Source of the DNA: an uncultured SAR116 cluster alpha proteobacterium
Lineage (GTDB): Bacteria; Pseudomonadota; Alphaproteobacteria; Puniceispirillales; Marisalimonadaceae
Assembly (NCBI GenBank): GCA_902615995.1
Contig: CACMRF010000003.1
Coordinates: forward strand, 10,068-74,067
DNA length: 64,000 bases
Direction of reading: 5' to 3'
A model generated the notes under the pieces. It saw only the letters and a list, made by a program, of their open reading frames with translations. It ran no database searches and had not been told where the DNA came from. The position numbers and the translations under genes were made by a program. How positions within the stretch are numbered: position 1 is the stretch's first letter; each line of letters starts with the position of its first letter. Positions 57,412 to 64,000 of the stretch are shown here, in pieces.

Positions 57412-57830
57412 AGTTTACCAGCTCTACTTTCAAATGCAGTAATCATTTTAACAACTGCTTCTTCAAAAAAAGCTTTGATTACACCATTAAGTAATCTAGA
57501 ATTTAGTTCAAATTCCACATAAAAGTCTACCTCGCATCCATTATCAACTTTATTAAAAATCCATTTATTTTTTAATTGTTTAAATGGTCCCTTAAGATAC
57601 TCTACCTCAATAGTAGACAAGTCCTTATTTAAGTGAACATTAGATTTAAATATCTCTCTATAAATTCTCATTCCAACAATAAGATCTGCGTTTAATTGTT
57701 TATGTGAAATTTTTTTTACCCTTGAACCTAAACACCAGGGTAGAAATTCGGGATACTTTTTTATATCGCTTACTAAGTCAAAAAGCTGTTCAGGCTTATA
57801 ATTTAAAATTTTTTTCTCTCTATATTTCAT
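57402..57830 (-). CDS. SRPBCC/START-fold protein of the RatA / COQ10 family
   Basis: 142 aa. N-terminal YKPEQLFDLVSDIKKYPEFLPWC typical of the polyketide cyclase/dehydrase-like RatA family. Conserved position next to lipA. Confidence 0.7.
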   Translation of the reverse strand: MKYREKKILNYKPEQLFDLVSDIKKYPEFLPWCLGSRVKKISHKQLNADLIVGMRIYREIFKSNVHLNKDLSTIEVEYLKGPFKQLKNKWIFNKVDNGCEVDFYVEFELNSRLLNGVIKAFFEEAVVKMITAFESRAGKLYG

Positions 57831-57836
57831 TGATAT

Positions 57837-58751
57837 TTATAAATTTCTTTTTATTTTTAATTTTAGGAAATCTTCATCAGCATGATAACTACTTCTTGTA
57901 AACGGTGATGAGGAAACAAGTAAAAATCCTTTTGAAATTGCGATATCCCTATAAACATTAAATAACTCTGGAGTGATATAATCAATAACAGCATGATGTT
58001 TTATTGTTGGTTGCAGATATTGACCAATTGTTAAAAAATCAACGTCAGCGGCTCTTAAATCATCCATAACTTGAATAATCTCATCTTTAGTCTCACCTAA
58101 TCCAACCATTAATCCAGATTTAGTAAAAATTTTGGAGTTATATGATTTAATATCATTAAGTAACTTTAATGATGTAAAGTATCTAGCGCCTGGCCTCACT
58201 TCGTTATATAACCTTGGTACAGTCTCAAGGTTATGATTAAATACATCAGGTGCAGACTTGCCAATAAGATTAGCAGCGCTACTATTTTTCATGAAATCAG
58301 GTGTTAAAATTTCAATCGTTGTTTGAGGAGATTCACATCTTATAGCTTTTAAAGTATTTAAGAAATGTGAGAGACCATTATCTTTTAAATCATCTCTGTT
58401 AACAGAAGTTATAACAACATGCGTCAATCCTAATTCGCTTACTGAGGTTGCAACTCTCTCAGGTTCAAAAGGATCTAAATAATTTGGCTTTCCAGTTTTA
58501 ACATTACAAAAAGTACATGCTCTGGTACATGTATCACCCATAATCATAAATGTTGCATGTTTTTTTGACCAACACTCACTTAAATTTGGACAATTAGCTT
58601 CTTCGCAAACTGTATGAACTTTATTTTTTTTAACAATTTCTTTAACTGAATTAATATTATCGCCCGATTTAAATCTAATTTTTAACCAATTAGGTTTTAA
58701 AGGAGATAATTTATCGGAAGTATTTATTTTTTCAGGATGTCTAATTTTCAT
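57837..58751 (-). CDS. lipA: Lipoyl synthase
   Basis: [12 protein letters not shown] auxiliary-cluster motif and radical-SAM CTRACTFC. Confidence 0.95.
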   Translation of the reverse strand: MKIRHPEKINTSDKLSPLKPNWLKIRFKSGDNINSVKEIVKKNKVHTVCEEANCPNLSECWSKKHATFMIMGDTCTRACTFCNVKTGKPNYLDPFEPERVATSVSELGLTHVVITSVNRDDLKDNGLSHFLNTLKAIRCESPQTTIEILTPDFMKNSSAANLIGKSAPDVFNHNLETVPRLYNEVRPGARYFTSLKLLNDIKSYNSKIFTKSGLMVGLGETKDEIIQVMDDLRAADVDFLTIGQYLQPTIKHHAVIDYITPELFNVYRDIAISKGFLLVSSSPFTRSSYHADEDFLKLKIKRNL

Positions 58752-58761
58752 CTATCTAAAT

Positions 58762-60177
58762 CTAAAAATGAATTACTCTGTCATAGGCATCTAAAACAGA
58801 TTCATGCATAGCTTCTGATAACGTTGGATGCGGAAAAATTGTTTCCATTAAGTCTTCCTCTGTTGTTTCTAATTTTTTTGCAATAGCAAATCCTTGAATT
58901 AATTCTGTTACTTCAGGACCAACTAGATGAGCGCCTAAAAACTCACCGGTCTTTTTATCAAATATGGTTTTTATAAAACCTTCTGGTTCTCCTAAAGCTA
59001 TTGCTTTACCATTTCCTACAAATGGAAATCTTCCAACTTTTATTTCATGATTTAGTTCCAAAGCTTTTTTTTCAGTTAATCCAATAGAAGCAATTTGAGG
59101 CCTAGAATAAGTACAACCAGGAATATTTTCTTTTTTGATTTTATGTGTTTTCAATCCCTTAATAGCATCAACACATAAAATTCCTTCATGACTAGCTTTA
59201 TGTGCTAGCCATGGACCATCAGTCACATCTCCAATAGCATATATACCATTTTCAGAGGTTTTCATAAGTTCATTTGTTTTGATAAACCCATTTTCCATCT
59301 CTATATTAAGTGCTTCTAAACCTAAATCTTCAACATTAGGTTTAATCCCAACAGATAATAAAAGTTTATCAGCACTTAATTTACTTTTTTTATCTCCATT
59401 TTTTATTTCACATTCAACAGACGAAACTTTAGTGTTAACACTTTGTAATTCAGAATTGATGTGAATATCTATGCCTCTATTTTTAAAACTTTTTAAAACA
59501 AATTCTGATATTTCATGATCTTCATTTGGCAAAATTTTATCTTGTACTTCAACTATTGTAACTTTACATCCTAAATCATTATAAAAAGAAGCAAATTCTG
59601 ATCCTATCGCACCTGAACCAACAATAATTAATGATTTAGGAAGTTCTTTAGGGGTCATAGCTGTCCTATAATCTAATATGTTTATTCCATCTGAAGATAC
59701 AAAAGGGAGGTTTTTAGAAGTGGCCCCAGTGGCAATAATTAAAAAATTAGATGAAATTTTCAATTCATTTTTTTCTTTATCTATAACCTTTACCACTTTT
59801 TGATCTCTGCCTGATCCTATTATTTTGGCTAATCCTTTATGAACATTAATTTTATTTTTTTTCATTAAATGTTCTACACCTGAAGACAAAGATTTAGCAA
59901 CTGTTCGTGATCTTTTAATTATATCTTCAAAATTAACTTTATAATCAGGTATTGAAAAGCCATATGACTTAGAATTATCTAACAGATGTTTAACTTCTGA
60001 ACTTCTTAACAAAGCTTTTGTTGGAATGCATCCCCAATTTAAGCAAACACCACCTAAATTTTCTCTTTCTACCAGCCCAACATTTAATCCAAGTTGTGAA
60101 GCCCTTATTGCAGCAACATAACCACCTGGTCCACCACCAATTATTAAAAGGTCATATTTTAAATTATTCTCTGACAT
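58762..60177 (-). CDS. lpdA: Dihydrolipoyl dehydrogenase (E3)
   Basis: GGGPGGYVAAIRA FAD motif, redox disulfide GGVCLNWGCIPTK, C-terminal HPTLSE. Confidence 0.95.
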   Translation of the reverse strand: MSENNLKYDLLIIGGGPGGYVAAIRASQLGLNVGLVERENLGGVCLNWGCIPTKALLRSSEVKHLLDNSKSYGFSIPDYKVNFEDIIKRSRTVAKSLSSGVEHLMKKNKINVHKGLAKIIGSGRDQKVVKVIDKEKNELKISSNFLIIATGATSKNLPFVSSDGINILDYRTAMTPKELPKSLIIVGSGAIGSEFASFYNDLGCKVTIVEVQDKILPNEDHEISEFVLKSFKNRGIDIHINSELQSVNTKVSSVECEIKNGDKKSKLSADKLLLSVGIKPNVEDLGLEALNIEMENGFIKTNELMKTSENGIYAIGDVTDGPWLAHKASHEGILCVDAIKGLKTHKIKKENIPGCTYSRPQIASIGLTEKKALELNHEIKVGRFPFVGNGKAIALGEPEGFIKTIFDKKTGEFLGAHLVGPEVTELIQGFAIAKKLETTEEDLMETIFPHPTLSEAMHESVLDAYDRVIHF

Positions 60178-61460
60178 TACAATGACATCAAAATTGGATT
60201 TTCAATTATTTTTTTAAAAACTTGGAGAAATTTTGCTCCAACTGCTCCATCAATAGCTCGATGGTCACATGAAAGAGTTACATTCATAATATTACAAATG
60301 ACAATTTTATCATCATTAACAGTTGGTATTTTTTGTCCAGCACCTACAGCCAAAATTGCACTTTGAGGTGGATTAATAATAGCTGTAAAATTTTTAATAC
60401 CATACATTCCTAAGTTTGAGATTGAAAAAGTTCCACCATTATATTCATCTTGCGATAGAGTACCATTCTTAGCTTTTTCAACAAGCTCTTTTATCTCGCT
60501 TGAAATTTTATGTATCCCTTTTTCTTCTACATTTCTTACTATTGGCGTTATTAATCCTCCATCTATAGCCACAGCTACAGAAATATCTGAGGATTTAAAA
60601 AATTTTGTACTCTCATTTGTCCAACTAACATTACATTCAGGGACTTTATTTAATGTTAGGCCAGCAACCTTTACGATTATGTCATTGACAGATATTTTCC
60701 CTTGCTCAGGGAATTCATTATTAACTTTTTTTCTAAATGATAATAAATCATCAATATTACAATCTATAGATAGATAAAAATGTGGTGCGTTAGTTTTAGA
60801 CTCAACTAACCTTTTTGCAATTGTTTGTCTCATTGAAGAGTTTTTAATTAATTCAAAATTACTTACATCCGAAATTGATTTTTTTAAATCTTTTGGTGCG
60901 GAATTTACATTATGTATATCAACATCTTTTTTAACAATTCTTCCATGCGGACCAGAACCTTTAATCAAATTAAGATCAATGGATTTTTCTCTCGCAATCC
61001 TTTTTGCAAGTGGACTTGCAAAAATACGGTTTTTTTCATTAATATTAACTGCAATATCACTATCAGATGAATTAGATTTTTGTTCATCAACCTGCTCAAA
61101 TTTTACAAATTGATCAAGAGGCCTATCAGTACCATCTTGTTTAATTAATTCTTTATCATTTTTCTCATTAGAACCGGATTTTACATTGGGGCCATGTATT
61201 TTTTCATCATATTTTTCTCCAGGGTCTAATATGATACCAATCGGTGTATTGACCTTAATACCCTCAGACCCTTCATTAAAAAAAAGTTTTCCGATAGTCC
61301 CATCAAAAATCGATTCAACTTCCATTGTAGCTTTGTCAGTTTCAATTTCAGCAATTAAATCACCAGATGAAATTGTATCCCCTTCTGAAATAAGCCATTT
61401 AGCAAGAGTTCCCTCTTCCATTGTTGGACTTAAAGCTGGCATTAAAATTTCATTACTCAT
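60177..61460 (-). CDS. pdhC: Pyruvate dehydrogenase E2, dihydrolipoamide acetyltransferase
   Basis: N-terminal lipoyl domain (ETDKATME), E3-binding domain (ASPLAKRIA), catalytic CDHRAIDG. Confidence 0.9.
   Translation of the reverse strand: MSNEILMPALSPTMEEGTLAKWLISEGDTISSGDLIAEIETDKATMEVESIFDGTIGKLFFNEGSEGIKVNTPIGIILDPGEKYDEKIHGPNVKSGSNEKNDKELIKQDGTDRPLDQFVKFEQVDEQKSNSSDSDIAVNINEKNRIFASPLAKRIAREKSIDLNLIKGSGPHGRIVKKDVDIHNVNSAPKDLKKSISDVSNFELIKNSSMRQTIAKRLVESKTNAPHFYLSIDCNIDDLLSFRKKVNNEFPEQGKISVNDIIVKVAGLTLNKVPECNVSWTNESTKFFKSSDISVAVAIDGGLITPIVRNVEEKGIHKISSEIKELVEKAKNGTLSQDEYNGGTFSISNLGMYGIKNFTAIINPPQSAILAVGAGQKIPTVNDDKIVICNIMNVTLSCDHRAIDGAVGAKFLQVFKKIIENPILMSL
61296..61460 (-). repeat. Lipoyl-domain coding segment of pdhC, paralogous at DNA level to 62664-62831
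   Basis: Hand alignment shows long identical runs shared with the pdhB copy (e.g. GTAGCTTTGTCAGTTTC, TTCCCTCTTCCAT, CTTAAAGCTGGCATTAA on the plus strand). Confidence 0.7.
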
Positions 61461-61472
61461 ACTAGATCCACT

Positions 61473-62831
61473 CTAGGAACAAATTTGTTTAGCTTTATTA
61501 ATAATATCACTTGTTTGTGGCAAAGCCAGTTTTTCTAAATTTTCTGCATATGGCATTGGCACATCTTTACCATGAACTCTTAAAACGGGTGCATCAAGCC
61601 AATCAAATGCATTCTCTTGAATTAATGATGAAATTTCAGCACCAATTCCTGAATAACCAAAACCCTCTTCACAAGTAATTAATCTATTTGTTTTTTTAAC
61701 TGAATTTATAATGGTTTCTAAATCTAAAGGTCTAAGTGTACGAAGGTTAATAACTTCTACGTTTATACCATTTTTTTCTAATTCATTTGCTGCTTCTAAT
61801 GCTTTGCCTACCATTATAGAGAAAGCGACAATTGTTACATCAGAGCCGTTTTTTTCAACTTTAGCTTTTCCAATAGGTAATGTGAATTCATTTGATATTG
61901 GACAATCAAAAGATTGACCATACATGACTTCATTCTCAAGAAATACTATAGGATTTGGGTCTCTAATTGCGGATTTCAGTAATCCTTTTGCATCTTCACT
62001 TGACCATGGAGATACGACTTTTAATCCGGGTACATGTGAATACCAACTTGCAAAACATTGGCTGTGTTGAGCAGCAACTCTACTAGCAGCACCATTTGGT
62101 CCTCTAAACACAATTGGACATCCCATTTGACCACCAGACATATATAATGTTTTAGCTGCTGAATTTATAATTTGGTCAATAGCTTGCATTGAAAAATTAA
62201 ATGTCATAAACTCTACGATAGGTTTTAAATTACCAAATGCTGCTCCTACACCAATACCAGTGAAACCATGTTCAGTTATGGGGGTATCTATAACTCTTTT
62301 ATCTCCAAACTTCTCTAAGAGACCTTGAGTAACTTTATAGGCACCTTCATATTCTGCAACTTCTTCTCCCATAATAAAAACATTATTATCTGCGTCCATT
62401 TCTTCTAAAATTGCGTCTCTAAGAGCTTCCCGTACAGTAATTTTTTTTGTAGCATCAATGTTAGATGAAGTTAAATCTTTATCTGATGTTTCAATCGCAG
62501 TCGACTTTACTTCTTCAGTTACTCCCTTGTTTGAAATATTAATTACATTTTTATTTCTTTCATCATTATTAATTTCACTAAATTTTTCAGAATCACTAAA
62601 TTCAGCAATAGGAGTATTAATTTTTATACCTTGTGTACCTTCTTCAACAATAAGTTTTGAGATAAAACCTTCTTCAATAGCTTCAATTTCCATAGTAGCT
62701 TTGTCAGTTTCTATCTCAGCTATTAAATCTCCAGAACTGATTTTATCACCAACTTTAACTAACCATTTTGCAAGGGTTCCCTCTTCCATAGTGGGGCTTA
62801 AAGCTGGCATTAATATCTCATTATTGCTCAT
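61473..62831 (-). CDS. pdhB: Pyruvate dehydrogenase E1 beta subunit with N-terminal lipoyl domain
   Basis: Lipoyl domain (ETDKATME), then a linker and a transketolase-like pyrimidine-binding/C-terminal core. This architecture is known in alphaproteobacteria. Confidence 0.9.
   Translation of the reverse strand: MSNNEILMPALSPTMEEGTLAKWLVKVGDKISSGDLIAEIETDKATMEIEAIEEGFISKLIVEEGTQGIKINTPIAEFSDSEKFSEINNDERNKNVINISNKGVTEEVKSTAIETSDKDLTSSNIDATKKITVREALRDAILEEMDADNNVFIMGEEVAEYEGAYKVTQGLLEKFGDKRVIDTPITEHGFTGIGVGAAFGNLKPIVEFMTFNFSMQAIDQIINSAAKTLYMSGGQMGCPIVFRGPNGAASRVAAQHSQCFASWYSHVPGLKVVSPWSSEDAKGLLKSAIRDPNPIVFLENEVMYGQSFDCPISNEFTLPIGKAKVEKNGSDVTIVAFSIMVGKALEAANELEKNGINVEVINLRTLRPLDLETIINSVKKTNRLITCEEGFGYSGIGAEISSLIQENAFDWLDAPVLRVHGKDVPMPYAENLEKLALPQTSDIINKAKQICS
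62664..62831 (-). repeat. Lipoyl-domain coding segment of pdhB, paralogous at DNA level to 61296-61460
   Basis: The same identical runs as the pdhC copy. The encoded peptides match at roughly four fifths of positions by hand count (MSN(N)[20 protein letters not shown]...[17 protein letters not shown]). Confidence 0.7.
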
Positions 62832-63838
62832 TATTCTATAATTATATCTTTCAAAAGTTCTGATTCATCTGGTAATTTAGACTCTATTGCGAAGTCAGCT
62901 GCTTCGTTAACCTTTAACTTAATTTTATTGTCTATTTCTTTAAGTTCATTTTCATTAAAGCCGCTCTCTAAAATTAATTTTTGTAAAGCTTTTAATGGCC
63001 CATTTTTTCTCATCTCAGCAACTTCGTCTCTTGTTCTGTACTTACCTGGATCAGACATAGAATGACCTCTAAAACGGTAGGTTTTTACTTCTAAAATAAA
63101 TGGTTTTTGATTTGATCTACAGTAGTTTACTGCTTCAATAGCAGCCTCTCTTACGTCTAAAACATCCATTCCATTAACTGTTTTATTTTCTATACCAAAA
63201 GCTTCACCTCTAGTTGCAAAATTGTCAGTTGATGAAGACCTTTCAACAGAGGTTCCCATACCATATAAATTATTTTCAATTATAAAAAGTACAGGTAAAC
63301 TCCATAAAGCAGCAATATTAAATGTTTCATAAACTTGACCTTGATTTGCAGCTCCATCCCCAAAAAAAGTAACGCAGATAGATTTCTCATCTTTATATTT
63401 ATGGGAAAAAGCTAACCCCGCTCCAATTGGGACTTGGGCACCAACAATACCATGACCTCCAAAAAAACCTTTTTCTCTGCTAAACATATGCATGGAGCCA
63501 CCTTTACCCTTAGAGTAACCAGTAATACGGCCTGTCAATTCGGCCATAACCCCTTTTGGGTCCATGCCACATACTAACATATGTCCGTGATCTCTATAAG
63601 AAGTGACCATAGTGTCATTATCTTTAAGTGCTGAATTAATACCAACAACAACAGCCTCTTGTCCGATGTAAAGATGACAGAAACCGCCAATTTTACCCAT
63701 TCCGTAAAGTTGGCCAGCTTTTTCTTCAAACCTTCTAATCAGTAGCATTTGTTCATTAAGTTTTAATAAAAGATCTAGATCATAATTGCTCTTCTTTTTT
63801 GAAGCTAATTTATCACTTTGTTTTTCATTCATATTCAT
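62831..63838 (-). CDS. pdhA: Pyruvate dehydrogenase E1 alpha subunit
   Basis: TPP-binding GDGAANQG...NN block and [15 protein letters not shown] motif. Confidence 0.95.
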   Translation of the reverse strand: MNMNEKQSDKLASKKKSNYDLDLLLKLNEQMLLIRRFEEKAGQLYGMGKIGGFCHLYIGQEAVVVGINSALKDNDTMVTSYRDHGHMLVCGMDPKGVMAELTGRITGYSKGKGGSMHMFSREKGFFGGHGIVGAQVPIGAGLAFSHKYKDEKSICVTFFGDGAANQGQVYETFNIAALWSLPVLFIIENNLYGMGTSVERSSSTDNFATRGEAFGIENKTVNGMDVLDVREAAIEAVNYCRSNQKPFILEVKTYRFRGHSMSDPGKYRTRDEVAEMRKNGPLKALQKLILESGFNENELKEIDNKIKLKVNEAADFAIESKLPDESELLKDIIIE

Positions 63839-63886
63839 AGTAACTATATATATATTTTAAACTTTAAATACAATAAATTCATAATA

Positions 63887-64000
63887 TTATTCATCTAATA
63901 TTACCAAAACATTGCCTTCTTTAATCATACCTAATGTTTTTTGAGCTAATTCACTTACATAATCTTTATTCAAAGTTTCAAATGATAGAAATTTAATTTT
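63887..64000 (-). CDS. ftsB: Septum formation initiator FtsB/DivIC-like protein, C-terminal fragment (5' end outside window)
   Basis: The minus-strand frame read from base 64000 gives KIKFLSFETLNKDYVSELAQKTLGMIKEGNVLVILDE, with its stop at 63887-63889. It resembles the FtsB C-terminus (DxDYVEExAR..LG) and occupies the usual position upstream of pdhA in alphaproteobacteria. Confidence 0.45.
   Translation of the reverse strand, partial: KIKFLSFETLNKDYVSELAQKTLGMIKEGNVLVILDE

Noticed and set aside
57402-57830. The RatA-family ORF as a type II toxin, implying a toxin-antitoxin module
   Set aside because: No small antitoxin partner is present. Both flanks are tightly packed with lipA and cinA. 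Its position next to lipA is the conserved alphaproteobacterial location of the COQ10/SRPBCC housekeeping homologue.
61473-62831. The lipoyl domain on E1-beta as a possible assembly chimera or novel gene fusion
   Set aside because: The reading frame is continuous with a normal Ala/Ser/Thr-rich linker. This E1-beta architecture is already known in alphaproteobacteria. Only the DNA-level similarity to pdhC is reported as a finding.
62458-62841. 127-aa plus-strand ORF, and its look-alike at 61186-61476, which encode similar peptides and so look like a conserved pair
   Set aside because: Their similarity is a by-product of lying antisense to the duplicated lipoyl-domain coding segments of pdhB and pdhC. 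It is not evidence of coding.
1-64000. A search by eye for CRISPR arrays, tRNA/rRNA/tmRNA genes, IS elements, integrases, phage genes, riboswitch-like leaders and tandem repeats
   Set aside because: I found no spaced direct repeats, no cloverleaf-compatible GC-rich segments in any gap, and no transposase- or integrase-like ORFs. All gaps except 8100-8208, 9169-9513 and 12975-13115 are under 90 nt, leaving little room for structured RNAs. A covariance-model scan would be needed to exclude small RNAs formally.

Overview
This is a visibly AT-rich (about 30% G+C by eye, not computed), very gene-dense chromosomal segment with alphaproteobacterial core synteny: ftsB-pdhA-pdhB-pdhC-lpd-lipA, ratA/cinA-pgpA-ispDF, ntrB-ntrC-ntrY-ntrX-trkA...hflX, and recG/sdhE-mfd. 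By my tally only about 1.4 kb of the 64 kb is non-coding. Many neighbouring genes share or overlap stop and start codons, and TRAP, ABC and MFS transporters are frequent. Together these suggest a streamlined Pelagibacterales (SAR11)-like genome, which is an inference. I call 67 protein-coding features (two truncated by the window edges), one hairpin terminator candidate and one pair of paralogous intragenic repeats. I found no rRNA, tRNA, CRISPR array, transposase, integrase or phage genes, and no recognisable defence island. I do not see a convincing novel multi-gene system. The observations most worth a second look are: (1) both enhancer-binding-protein-type regulators (NtrC-like, NtrX-like) lack the GAFTGA sigma-54 contact loop and have degenerate Walker B motifs; (2) the hfq slot of the conserved trkA-hfq-hflX array holds a class IV aminotransferase; (3) a sirtuin has no zinc-ribbon cysteines; (4) a CryPro/FeS-BCP-type photolyase homologue has no CxxC pair; (5) a very AT-rich orphan islet at 8.1-9.5 kb sits between the largest non-coding gaps; (6) an MFS-lactonase-D-aminoacylase array; (7) a coupled DUF1800/DUF1501 pair; (8) divergent genes whose ATG codons share one CATG. 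All functional calls come from motif recognition by eye and recall of protein families. No database search was run.
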